Positions 32,243 through 42,877 of a stretch of 64,000 nucleotides of DNA are shown piece after piece (the first letter of the stretch is position 1; each line of letters starts with the position of its first letter). The translations under genes and the position numbers were made by a program. This DNA is from a virus (taxonomy: Duplodnaviria; Caudoviricetes). The stretch covers positions 74,809 through 138,808 of IMG/VR virus record IMGVR_UViG_3300020120_000082; one strand, given 5' to 3'. The notes below the pieces were generated by a model that worked only from the letters and a program-made list of their open reading frames with translations, was not told where the DNA came from and ran no database searches.

Positions 32243-34598
32243 GGTATCTCCTAATCCGGCAGGCCATACTCTTTCTTGGCCTGTCCAAGAATAAATATCA
32301 GATCGTTCAACTGATTGCGAGAGATATACAGTCTGCTGTCGCCCTGTATGATGACCAGATCATGATTTTCTCCGCGATCTCGCCCAGGAACAAATACGTC
32401 CATGGTCGGCTCAAAATCACCATACGACTCGACTTTATAGTGAATCTGAACAGTTTTCATCTTATTTTGGCCTGATCTTCCCAATATTCCTTGAGCCCAT
32501 CAGCCAATTCCGGTAGCGCCATGGGCAGCAGCACATACATGGCCACGAATGATGGCTGCAATAGATCGAGCGCCTGAATAGGCGTATATTCTCCAGAGAA
32601 CACTTTTTCTATAGTCGACACCAGGTTTGGCATGGATTCGCGTAACTGCTGCTTGTGAGTCGAGTCAGCATGCGCAACCATGGTTTCTAGATTTTGGTAA
32701 ATTTCGCCGTCATTCAATTCGGCTCCCCGGACGACAATATCCAGGGCGGCTGAGAAGAAATGCCCAGCCGGATAGCCTTCCTGGCCATTCGAGACTACGT
32801 AAGCGACGTTGTTTTTGTCCATCAGATCTCCCTGAGAATAGTTCTGGCCCAATCGGGCAATAGCATCCAGCGCAATTGAACAGCCTCGTTATTGATGCGC
32901 TCAGCCATTGTGTCAAGATTACGGGTAGCTTGCCGTCGCATGCTCAGATAATAGACATATTCCGACATGATCTTGAAACACTCTTGAATTTCTCGAAGCT
33001 CACCTGGCGAACGTCCCAGGATGATGCTTTCTGGTTTTGGCAGGATCATAGCTGGTCCACCAGGTCTTTCGCCCACTGCGGCATGCTGTCTCTCCACTCT
33101 TCCATCAATTGGCTGTATGTAATCTCTTTATTCTTGGACTCCTGGTTTCTTGGACCTGCTTCAGACCGGATTTTGAGCATTCGGAAAGCGCACCACTGTC
33201 CGATTAGGTGAAAAGCGCCCTCCAGAGCTTCTAGATCATCAACCGTATTTGGTATTGGAATGTCAACCGTCAGATCCATTACAGGTTCTCCAATTCTTTG
33301 ATTTCGCCACGGAGCCACACAAGGCATTGAAACAGGTTATTTCGCGTGTCGTTATCAACCTGGGCGTGTGCTAGTTCGCACTGCTCCAGCAGGAATTCTA
33401 GATTCTCTTTGTACTTCACAATCATGGTGTGTCGAATCTCACCCAGTTGTTCGGCTTTTGGATCATCGTGGATCATCATCAACCAGTTATGTCCATCCCG
33501 AATACCGTAGCGATGGGCTGCTTGAATCAGATCGGCAATCATGATTGCCCCCATGATTTCTCGTCCCACTGGACAAATTCGCGATAGCGATTAGTGTCCA
33601 TCCGTCGTAATGTGTACCAGCATTTCTCCCCAGTCCTAATCCAGCCTGTAATTTTTATGCACTGACTGGGATAATCTATCTCGATGGCCTGATCTTCAAA
33701 CGCAGAATAAGTTCCGGATGAGTCGCTCCAACGAATGACTGCATGTCCCGGATCAGAAGCGATTTCATAGCAAATGGCGTGACCAAATCTTTCGATGTGG
33801 ATCTCAATTCCGCCACGGCCCGGATCTTCATATTTCATCGCTACGATGTATGGCTTGTCGTGATCGAACAGTGCATTCAGACAATCAGCGTAAAACAGGG
33901 CAGTAGACGCTTTCATTCGAGATCCTTATGCGAAGAATAGTTCGACATAGCCATCAGGGTTCTTTTCAATGTCTTCCGGCTTGCCAATGTGAGTTGCCTG
34001 GCCGGTAATCAGGGAATATCCAGACGGGCATATCTTTAGGGCATGTTTCTGAGCCGAGAAAGCATCTGTTTCATACAGAAGATACACCACGTAAGAATAG
34101 ATATCCTCTGGGCGCTTGGCGTTTGGATCGTATTTGTAATAAGTTGCCACGTACAGATATTTCATTCAAACTCCATTTCGATTTGTTCACCCTCAGCATA
34201 CGGCTCCCATTCACTGGCATGCTCCGCACAAACATTGTCCGCGTAGACGTTCTTGTTGCTGTCCTGACGAGTCAGTGTGTATGCAGCCTGTCGGCGGCAC
34301 CAGGAACAGCGAATGGGCAGGATGCTGCCGATCGGGTTAACCCAGACATGGGTAAATCTGCCAAAATCAGCCACGTTTCTTGACCGGTTCGTAGTACTTG
34401 ATGTCCAGACTATCTGGCCACCAGGTGCCAGACTCACTGACTGATCCCGGATCGTATTCACACTCCGCGTAACTACCATCCGTGAATTTTATTTTTCCAT
34501 CCAGCCTTCCGCTGTCGAGCGAGTCGCTCTCGTAACGCTTGTTGCTTTCCAGGACAAACTTCAGAAACTCGCCTATTTCATGGAATGTCTTGTCTGGT

Positions 34599-34880
34599 TT
34601 ACGCATTCTTTCTCCGTGGGTTAGTCTCCCATTCCGGGATGCCATCCTGATCGAAATACTCGTCATTCCATTGTCCGCCCCTATGCCAAATGCGCTCTTC
34701 CAGTTTTTCGGGCTCATCCAGGAATGCGATCAGGTTATCAACCATTTCGCGCTGAGCCTTGAGCAGGATTGGCAATGCGTCCTGGTATGCATTTCCCATC
34801 GGCCCAAGTTCAGTAAGTCTGGTTATTTCTTCATCTAGGGCCAATTTCTGTTTATCGGCCCACTCGCGAACGTCTTTCAT
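34599..34880 (-). CDS. Hypothetical protein, tandem paralog of 34877..35074
   Basis: MKDVREWADKQ...LIAFLDEPE shared. Confidence 0.75.
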   Translation of the reverse strand: MKDVREWADKQKLALDEEITRLTELGPMGNAYQDALPILLKAQREMVDNLIAFLDEPEKLEERIWHRGGQWNDEYFDQDGIPEWETNPRRKNA

Positions 34881-35074
34881 GGCCGCTCCAATTCTTCAGG
34901 TTCATCAAGAAATGCAATCAAGCCTTCTACAACTTCACGCTGAATATCAACAATAAGGCGCTGCACAACCATATCGCCAGTTAACGTTCCATTTCCGTAA
35001 TGCTCAGCGAATTCACCAGCTTTTTCTCGAAGAGCCTTTCTTTGCTTATCAGCCCATTCACGAACGTCTTTCAT
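34877..35074 (-). CDS. Hypothetical protein, tandem paralog of 34599..34880
   Basis: MKDVREWADKQ...LIAFLDEPE shared. Confidence 0.75.
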   Translation of the reverse strand: MKDVREWADKQRKALREKAGEFAEHYGNGTLTGDMVVQRLIVDIQREVVEGLIAFLDEPEELERP

Positions 35075-35168
35075 GGTTGCTCCTGGTTCAATCTTTCGGC
35101 CCAGTAATAGAACAAGATGCCCAGAATGCCAACGATGATCCAGGTCAGCAAAGTCTTGGCAAGCTCAT

Positions 35169-35615
35169 TCATTCCCGCGACATTTCCCAGGTGGTTTTGA
35201 TCCAGTCCACCATCTCCTGGGCATCCATGTCCCACTCGATGTACTTCGAAGCGCTTTTGATGGCTTCTTCCTGGTCCAGGATGTAATCTGGATCGACATA
35301 GCGCTTGCCAAATTCGGCCAGCTTGGCTTGGGTTAGATCACACACTGGGCAACCAGGAACCGGTCTATCTACCGCATCAAAGTAATATCCGCCTGGTTCG
35401 GCGTGGGTATGGCCTTCGTCGTAGTCATAGTTGAAATTGGCCTGGAATGCATCGCAGCCAGAGCAAGAGCCATAAGAGCCGTTAATCCAACCGACTCTGC
35501 CCTCATACTCAACCAGAGCCCACCACTCACCCTGGTAAGAACCGAATGATTTCATGGCTTTGACGTTTGCCCCTGCGGCAATTAGTGCTGTTTCGTAGTC
35601 GCTCATCAGTTCCAA
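35169..35615 (-). CDS. Hypothetical phage protein (YGSCSGCD motif)
   Basis: 148 aa ORF. Confidence 0.7.
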   Translation of the reverse strand: MELMSDYETALIAAGANVKAMKSFGSYQGEWWALVEYEGRVGWINGSYGSCSGCDAFQANFNYDYDEGHTHAEPGGYYFDAVDRPVPGCPVCDLTQAKLAEFGKRYVDPDYILDQEEAIKSASKYIEWDMDAQEMVDWIKTTWEMSRE

Positions 35616-36334
35616 TCTCCAATCTCAACCGGCAGGATGTAGTAATTGGTGCCGGTATAGTCGATCTGCATATCCGGATCCAGCGGATTGTCACCTTTCT
35701 TGGCTCCGCCATAGCGACCATTTCGATCATACGCTTCGCGAGCAAAGGCCGATGCGCCTTCGACATGCTGCTTGGCCTTGTTTTCGTCCATGTAGGCCAT
35801 GACTGCCCATTCCCGATTATCGGAATACTCACCGGTTTGTCCCATAACCACGTAGATCATGGGATTGGACTCAAGCTTTTCTGGCGCATTGGCGATTGTC
35901 TCAGCCACGATTTCCGGCGTGGCCATCTTAGGCTGGAACTCCTTGTCTTTCTCGTCCCGCCAAGTGCCATTCTTCTGGCCAGCGCTAATCTGCTCCATCA
36001 GGTTCAGAGTTTCAAAGCTGCCTGCCCTACCAGCAGCATATTCCGGCGATGGGCAGAATTCGGATGTGGCTCCTGATTGGCAGTCCCAGCCTGTATAATC
36101 ACACGATCCAGTCAGGTACACGAAACGCCGGTCTTTGAGTTCCAGCACCCAGTGATAGGCTGCACCATCATGCTCACCAGGCTCATAGGCCAGGACTTTA
36201 GCAATGTCATTGACATTGAATCCGTCCTGCGGGTTGTATTCCAGGCAGGCGAACAGATCGTAATCCAGTCCGATCCGATCAATTTCTGACTGCGGCATAT
36301 CGTAGAAGCTCACTCGATGCCCCTTTCGGCACAC
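35606..36334 (-). CDS. Hypothetical phage protein (SCDYTGWDCQ motif)
   Basis: 242 aa ORF. Confidence 0.7.
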   Translation of the reverse strand: MCRKGHRVSFYDMPQSEIDRIGLDYDLFACLEYNPQDGFNVNDIAKVLAYEPGEHDGAAYHWVLELKDRRFVYLTGSCDYTGWDCQSGATSEFCPSPEYAAGRAGSFETLNLMEQISAGQKNGTWRDEKDKEFQPKMATPEIVAETIANAPEKLESNPMIYVVMGQTGEYSDNREWAVMAYMDENKAKQHVEGASAFAREAYDRNGRYGGAKKGDNPLDPDMQIDYTGTNYYILPVEIGDWN

Positions 36335-37607
36335 TGCTTGTCGAACTCTCTCCAGAAAGAAGACAGATCTCCGGCTGTATGATTACGCCACAATTGGCGC
36401 AACCCTGCGTTATACGGATCGGTTGGCCCTGTCTGCTTGATTGACACCGACATGCTATCGGCTATTTGGCAAGCCAGGTCAGCTTTGGCTTGAGAGTAAA
36501 CCCCAATCGAGATCCACTCTTGATCATAAATTATCAAGTCTTTGAGATGGTCTTTGTCGTGGTCGTTATCTATTTCCATTTTTCGACTCCTGGATCAAGT
36601 AATCCACTTCGGTTTCCATCAGCAGCTTGGTTTCCGGTGAGAGTGAGCTTGTCTGGATAATAGAAATCATGACACGCCTTTTCCCGCCCAAGCTAATCGT
36701 TTCCCTGATGGCCTGGACAAATTTAGGCATGGTGATCGAAAGTGTTTCGTGAATGCCTTCTGATACCGATCGCTCGACTGGATCAGTGCCCATATTTAGC
36801 CGTAAGCTCCGCATTCTTTTCAGGCTGTTTGCACTGGCAGTTCAAGACATAGATCAGCGCATCTTCGATAGAATATCCAACCTGCCTGAGCGTGTCGTAC
36901 AAATCACGCGGCGCTGATCCAGAATTAAGTCCAAGCTGGATAAAGTTTCTGGCCTCTTCGTCAGTCGTTGGCATCTTGAAATGCGTCTCGTCTTTCATGG
37001 CATCACTTTCTTCATGTCGATCTTTTCCAGCTTCTCAATCGGACTGTGCGAATCGATCAAATCCATCTGCGGGTGATTGTGATAGCGATAGGACCTGAGT
37101 CTCAAAATCTCCCCACTCCATTCTGCGTAGACTTCAAATATCGGAGTGAAAAGACTTTCGTCATCCGACTGCGATCCATACAGGTGACGATAGACGTAAC
37201 CGCGGGTAGCCGTGGGCATATCCATCATCCACAACTGGATTGCAGGCCAGAGCGGATCCTGCTCATTGGCAATAGCGCGTTTCAAGACCAGCAATTCTTC
37301 GAATGACGGTTTGTTATTCATCATTCAGGCCTGGGATTTTCTTGAAGCGCGTTAGGCGGCGATCATCCATCCAGGGCTCCCAATGAGTCTGGACTTCTTC
37401 GTATTCGATGCTGTCAATGGTCAGGCTAAGCATCTCGATGTTCCCCCGAACAGATCCCAGATAGAAAATCGGATCGGTGTCTTCCCGGACTTCTCCACCA
37501 TGCGTCAGCGCGAAGATCTCCACATCGATGTCCGGCCATTGCCGCTCAATCTCAACCAGCCTGCCAATGAAGTCGTGAATGTGTGTCATAGACTCTCCTG
37601 TGTTGTA

Positions 37608-37636
37608 ATATTACACTGTTTTCGCCATTTTGTTAA
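37608..37636 (-). promoter_or_regulatory. Sigma70-type promoter (TTAACA-N17-TAATAT) immediately after a terminator hairpin
   Basis: Intergenic, upstream of the AGGAG-ATG of 37314..37589. Confidence 0.5.
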
Positions 37637-37642
37637 ATGGCT

Positions 37643-37666
37643 ATAGGGCGCATTTCTGCGCCCTAT
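37643..37666 (-). terminator. Hairpin ATAGGGCGCA / TGCGCCCTAT
   Basis: 10-bp IR after the stop of 37698..38144. Confidence 0.6.
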
Positions 37667-37697
37667 TTGTTCAAAAATAGCCTATTTTTACGCTATT

Positions 37698-38144
37698 TTA
37701 GCGACTGACGCTGACGCTGGCGTTGGGATAGGTTTCGCAGGCGTGGAGATAGTCGGCCACGAAATCAACCAGGCCATCATAATCGCCCCAACCATTCTTG
37801 GGATTGAACGCCTTGAAGCGTTCTGGATCGGACTCAAGCAATTTCAGGCCTGCTTTCAGCGGCTCAATCAATTGCACAGCCAGTTCGATATCAATTTCAT
37901 CTGGTCGCCACAAATGATTGTAGATCCCTGCTTCTTCGGCCATCTTGTTCAAATTGTGGGTGATATTTCTTTCATAAACGCGAGACGATTCTTCGGCTGG
38001 CGCAACGAATGGCTCACGTCCCGGAAAACGCCTGTCCCACTCCCGACGCGTGATTGCCCGCTTGACTCCGTTTTCACGGATATAGATGCGCTCGGGCTTA
38101 TCAATCAAATTGTTTTCGATGGATAGATAGACGTCCAGGCTCAT
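37698..38144 (-). CDS. Conserved phage hypothetical protein
   Basis: MSLDVYL...NITHNLNKMA...NPKNGWGDY. Confidence 0.75.
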   Translation of the reverse strand: MSLDVYLSIENNLIDKPERIYIRENGVKRAITRREWDRRFPGREPFVAPAEESSRVYERNITHNLNKMAEEAGIYNHLWRPDEIDIELAVQLIEPLKAGLKLLESDPERFKAFNPKNGWGDYDGLVDFVADYLHACETYPNASVSVSR

Positions 38145-38839
38145 GATTTACTCCGCGTAAAATGGCTCGGTTGGCACCAGGAGATCACCGTCGAACACAA
38201 CCAGTTCATCGTTAAGCAGATAGTCGACGACGAACTGGTTGTACCAGCCTTCGCTATTGGAACCCTTGCCCTGGATGACGGTCACTCCCTGGGGGAATTC
38301 ATGATCTCGTTTGACTACGGTGTTTTTGCTGTAGACTGCCAGCAGTAGGGATGCTTTCGCCAACGCAACTTGAACAGTGCGCGGATTGGACATTACCAGC
38401 CCCACTTGGCTTTCAGCCGAGCAATTTGCGCCTGGATCTGCTCACGCTTTTCAGCAACTTCTTTCTTAGGGCCAGTGATCAGTGACAACTGTGCTTCCAG
38501 GCGATCCAGCACGCCCTGGCGACGGTTGTCGCGGTTCATCAGATGAGCAGCATGGCCACCCTGCCCCTTGGGAAATCTGCGATCCTTATTGACTTTGCGA
38601 CGGACTTTCAATTCGGGTGTTGATGGCATGTTCAGGCTCCCTTGGCGTTACTTGTTTCTGGCGGATATACGCGATGCCAACCGCTGACTGTTTCAATCCA
38701 GGCTTCCTTGGCATCTAATTCTACGACATCGCTCGCGACTGCCTCAGCAATCTTGCTCAGATAGTCACTGTTTTTGAATTCGTTCTGATCAACCATAAAT
38801 ATGATTGAGATGCGTCCCCACTGTTCCATGGCTATTCTC

Positions 38840-39127
38840 CTATAGTCCTATCAGTTTGACGAGTGGTTGGATGTGCGGCCAGAAGGTCCACAACAAGATA
38901 GAGATCATACCAGCCGATCGCATGGTCTTAACCAGCTTGCGCCGGATAGGAAACGGAATATCTCCGGGGTGGATTGCAATTAGGAAGAAGAACGTTCCCA
39001 GTTTGCAAACAAACTTGTAAATGCGATGGCTACCATTTTGACGAACGACTTCGGCCCCGAAATTCTGTAAGCCGGAGTCCCAATCCTGCGCATTCTTCCA
39101 GGTCTCGGGATCGTCTTTCTTTCCCAT
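38840..39127 (-). CDS. HicA-like mRNA interferase domain with hydrophobic C-terminal tail
   Basis: GAEVVRQNGSHRIYK...IAIHPGDIP; tail AGMISILLWTFWPHIQPLVKLIGL. Confidence 0.6.
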   Translation of the reverse strand: MGKKDDPETWKNAQDWDSGLQNFGAEVVRQNGSHRIYKFVCKLGTFFFLIAIHPGDIPFPIRRKLVKTMRSAGMISILLWTFWPHIQPLVKLIGL

Positions 39128-39575
39128 GGTTACACCGGATTGGCACCACCAGGCTCGTCAAGGAAGTCGTCGTCCATGTTTTCGTCTTCCCATTGATCGG
39201 CTGGAAAAATTTCATCAACATCTTCGAATGTGGCATGAACAACCAGGCCAAGCTCTTTGGCATCTGCGGCAATCTTGTCCAAAAGATCAAGCAGTTTGTC
39301 TTCCGAGACAATTTGGTCGTGAAACATAACCGTGATCTGTTTCATTGTTGCTCCTGTCCCAGCGGAATATTTGGCGCAGTGGTAATGGCGTGCATCTGGC
39401 GAATGTTGATGTGCCACTGGCCATAGGCCCAGTATGCCAGATCATGGCTGGTGATCTTGGGCGTATCTGAATTGGTCTTCAGATACTCCTGGTAAAGCCA
39501 GGCCACAAGATCGCTAATTTCATTGTCAGCTTCTTCGTCGGTCATTCGATCTCCATTCTGTGCTATTATTGGCCT

Positions 39576-39677
39576 GGGAGATCAGTATGCAGATGGCGTT
39601 GCGTGTTTACTCATCGCGGTTCGTTGCCGTCTGGCTGATCTCCCAAAGACGCCTTGGCAACGAACCGCGGCCTTTTT
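39576..39677 (+). promoter_or_regulatory. Terminator/antiterminator leader upstream of the ParB-MTase
   Basis: GGGAGATCAG/CTGATCTCCC competes with CGCGGTTCGTTGCC/GGCAACGAACCGCG + T5. Confidence 0.6.
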
Positions 39678-39692
39678 AACTTGGAGCACAAG

Positions 39693-40940
39693 ATGAAAAT
39701 AGCGGATATCAAAATCGGCAAGAGACATCGCAAGGATGCGGGTGATATTCAGGGATTGGCCGATAGTATCAAGACAATTGGTCTTTTGCATCCAATTGTG
39801 GTTGATATGAACAAAAACTTGATTGTTGGTTGGCGACGAATTGAAGCATATAAGCTGCTTGGAAAAGATGAAATACCGCATCGCGAAGTCAGAAACCTGA
39901 ACGAGTTGTTACCTCTTTTGACGGCAGAGCGCGATGAAAATGTCATGCGTAAAGACTTCAGCCGCAGCGAGGCTGTCGCCATGGGAGAATCGATTGAGAA
40001 GTTTATAGAGAAACCGGCAGCGGAGAAACGCGAGAAATCCGGAACTAATCAGTATACGGAGCCCTCCGGAAAATTGCCGGAGGGCTCTAAAGGTGACTCT
40101 CGGGATAAAGTTGGCGCTGCGGTTGGCATGAGTGGCAAGACTTACGAAAAGGCCAAGGCGGTTGTTAGTGCGGCCAAGGAAAACCCAAAGAAGTTCGAGA
40201 CGGTTCGCCAGGAGATGGACAAGACAGGCAATGTTGATAAAGCCTTCAAAATTGTCAAACGAATTGACGATACAGATAAGCTACCATTTGAGCCGCAAGC
40301 ATTCAACATTTGGAATTTCACCGATCGCAATCCCGCATTTGGAATTGAGTATCCTGGAAACATTCCTGGGGATATCATTCAAAATCTCTTGTGGCTGTAC
40401 ACCGAGAAGAAAGATCTGGTTGTTGATCCGTTTTCCGGTGGCGGTGTAACACATGATGTTTGCCAATGGTGGTCAAAGAAGATGTGGCCAGTGCGTTGCG
40501 TCAGCCTGGATGCCATTCCATCTCGGCCAGAAATAAAGCAGAACGATATCACGGATGGCTTTCCAGCAAGCGCCAGAAATGCCAAGCTTGTTTTTCTGGA
40601 TCCGCCATATTGGAAACAAAAGCGCGGAGATTACAAAGGCGGTGACAATCTGGCTGACATGCCACTGGATGAATTTCATCGCAAGCTAGTTGGCATTGTT
40701 GGCGCAAGCGCTGATATATTAGTCAGCGGCGGTTACGTTGCTCTGATCATTGGTGCAACACGCGATCAGAAGCGCTTTGATCACGCTGCTTACTTGATGA
40801 AACATGTTGAGATGAAACTGGTGGAAAGGATTATTGTTCCATATTCATCTCAGCAGGCCATGGGATATCACATCACTTCGGCTAAGAATGGCAAGCTTCT
40901 ATTGAATAGATATCGAGACTTGCTGGTATGGCAGAAGTAA
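39693..40940 (+). CDS. ParB-N domain fused to DNA amino-methyltransferase
   Basis: ParB-like LADSIKTIGLLHPIVV...GWRR..A...ENVMRKDF; MTase DPFSGGG and DPPY; GGAG SD before ATG 39693. Confidence 0.85.
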   Translation: MKIADIKIGKRHRKDAGDIQGLADSIKTIGLLHPIVVDMNKNLIVGWRRIEAYKLLGKDEIPHREVRNLNELLPLLTAERDENVMRKDFSRSEAVAMGESIEKFIEKPAAEKREKSGTNQYTEPSGKLPEGSKGDSRDKVGAAVGMSGKTYEKAKAVVSAAKENPKKFETVRQEMDKTGNVDKAFKIVKRIDDTDKLPFEPQAFNIWNFTDRNPAFGIEYPGNIPGDIIQNLLWLYTEKKDLVVDPFSGGGVTHDVCQWWSKKMWPVRCVSLDAIPSRPEIKQNDITDGFPASARNAKLVFLDPPYWKQKRGDYKGGDNLADMPLDEFHRKLVGIVGASADILVSGGYVALIIGATRDQKRFDHAAYLMKHVEMKLVERIIVPYSSQQAMGYHITSAKNGKLLLNRYRDLLVWQK

Positions 40941-41497
40941 CCGTTGGCAGTTTTGATGGTCGATTGTCATTTGGGGCCAGCGCCCAAGATGAACTGCGTC
41001 GGCTGCTCGACGATCGGAGATTTATCATTACTGAAACGGGTCAGGAAAAGTACATTCCTGGTCGCATTCACTCTGATCTGAGAAAGATACACAACGACCC
41101 AACCGTCAGGGCGATACGTTTTCAGCCAGACTTTATGGCTTATCGCACAGACTTTCCAACTTGTTATTGGGAGTCGAAAGCCTGCACGACTGACAAATAT
41201 ATTACACTGGTTATTGAGCAATCGTGCTACGATGAACTTTTTCAGCGCCACAAAAACGGCCAGCGCTGCATTGTGGCTTTCAGGTATTTTTCTGGAAAAT
41301 GGGTAGCATCCTGGGTCCAGGAGATCTTGATTGTTGAAAAAGTCTCCGAGGACAATAGGAGACATATGGCACGTGGTTCAATGACTCCGTACTACAGAAT
41401 AAGCCGAAGAAGCTTTCTGTCTCTAGATTTGTTTATATCATGGAATGCGTTGAAGTTTTCAAAATTCAGGTCCCAGCCGGTCATCGATAACCGGTAA
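40928..41497 (+). CDS. PD-(D/E)XK nuclease, putative restriction endonuclease
   Basis: QPDF...YWESK motif; overlaps the MTase stop. Confidence 0.6.
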   Translation: MAEVTVGSFDGRLSFGASAQDELRRLLDDRRFIITETGQEKYIPGRIHSDLRKIHNDPTVRAIRFQPDFMAYRTDFPTCYWESKACTTDKYITLVIEQSCYDELFQRHKNGQRCIVAFRYFSGKWVASWVQEILIVEKVSEDNRRHMARGSMTPYYRISRRSFLSLDLFISWNALKFSKFRSQPVIDNR

Positions 41498-41527
41498 AGC
41501 CGCCATTGGCCTGGGATGCCGTTCTGA

Positions 41528-41947
41528 TTACCAGGAGCGATGACTCTCTTCAATCGTCTCCATGCCATCGTAATCGTCGATGGTCCATTCGATATCGTCC
41601 GGGATCTCGACGACTTTCAGCTTAGCGAGTTGGCCGCTGACTTCTTCCGGGCCGATCTCTTCGATCAGCGCAATCAGCGTGGGATCGGTACGAGCCGACT
41701 CGTCATGAGAATAGTTGTAGACCATCCCATCTTTGTAAACCGAATTCCCAAAAACGCTATCCTGAAAATAGCCATCGGCTAACTCAACGCGTTGCTCGCG
41801 CCGCATTGCCCAGAATCCAGACTTGTCATTCTTGGGCGGCTCGTCCGGATAGCTGTAGACGCTGGTGCAGCCGCGCTGGATTAGCATTACCAGCGCACCC
41901 TGCGAGATGCCAAACCCGCCATAACAGCGATTGACTACAACTTTCAT
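41528..41947 (-). CDS. Conserved phage protein
   Basis: KVVVNRCYGGFGIS...RTDPTLI...LKVVEIPD...IDDYDGME...HRSW. Confidence 0.8.
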   Translation of the reverse strand: MKVVVNRCYGGFGISQGALVMLIQRGCTSVYSYPDEPPKNDKSGFWAMRREQRVELADGYFQDSVFGNSVYKDGMVYNYSHDESARTDPTLIALIEEIGPEEVSGQLAKLKVVEIPDDIEWTIDDYDGMETIEESHRSW

Positions 41948-41978
41948 TTATGTCTCCCTGATTCCAGATCTGGAATTT
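41942..41978 (-). promoter_or_regulatory. Palindrome ATTCCAGATCTGGAAT + RBS (copy 2 of the 37-bp repeat)
   Basis: Identical to 15602-15638. Confidence 0.7.
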
Positions 41979-42526
41979 CTACGGTTGTTCATCGCACTGC
42001 CAGCTTGGGCGCTGGTGTGTCAAGCACATGCCGTTGACGATATCGCAGGCTGGTGGTGCAACCTGCCACGGTCGGCCATACGGATGCCTGGCTGGATTGA
42101 GCCAGTCTATTTCATCTGGGTCATCGGCTGGATTGCCATACGTGGACTCTTCTTCGGCTTCCTGAGCGCATCCCGGACAGCCATCTTCCCACCAGAAATA
42201 GCCATGCTTATCGCACAAGATAAACCCAGGTTCTTCATCCATGTTGTTCTTCGTACCCCCAATCTTTGCGCCTGCGATTTAGCTTTATGGCGATGTCGAT
42301 ATGCTTTTGCTCGATTTTCAAACCTGGGATCATATCTCGATAACCGCAGTAAAAAAACGCGGCCATCAGAACATCAGCATCTGTCCACTCATCCCAATCA
42401 GCGGCGACTTGGATAAGAAGCTCGAATTGTTTGTTGACTTCAGCGATGCAGCCAACGTAGTCCGATGGCGAAGAAATAACTTCGTCCCAGTGTTTCAGGG
42501 CTATTTTCCAGACAGGTAGCAGTGGA

Positions 42527-42877
42527 TCACGCATAGGGTTGTTCTCCCCGAGAAATCCGGCGCTGGTTGATTCCAGCGAACAGAATTCGCTTAGATGTTT
42601 CGGCAGCAATTGACAAAAACCCCCTGGGCCAATTCTCTAGATCGCCATCCGGCAAGGCCCTGTAATCAAAACCGTCTACCCGAAACAGAACGTATTCGCT
42701 GCTTATTCGCCCCTCGGCTATGTCCATCCGGATCTGGTTGAAAATGTTCTCAGTCGAATAGATCAGATGTACATCCGAATTGGCATAGGCCGTTTTGCGT
42801 ATCATCTCGGACAGTCGCACTAAATTACCATCCGGGATGGCGTTCTCGCTTAGCGGCTTGTATTCCATGATCAGCAT
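42527..42877 (-). CDS. Stand-alone DUF3696-like domain protein
   Basis: TENIFNQIRMDIAEGRI...DGDLENWPRGF. Confidence 0.5.
   Translation of the reverse strand: MLIMEYKPLSENAIPDGNLVRLSEMIRKTAYANSDVHLIYSTENIFNQIRMDIAEGRISSEYVLFRVDGFDYRALPDGDLENWPRGFLSIAAETSKRILFAGINQRRISRGEQPYA

Larger units (their letters stand above)
39568..41516 (+). mobile_element. Inverted MTase/nuclease cassette flanked by a 12-bp direct repeat ATTGGCCTGGGA
   Basis: Repeat at 39568-39579 and 41505-41516; the only clear plus-strand genes in the left 49 kb. Confidence 0.55.
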
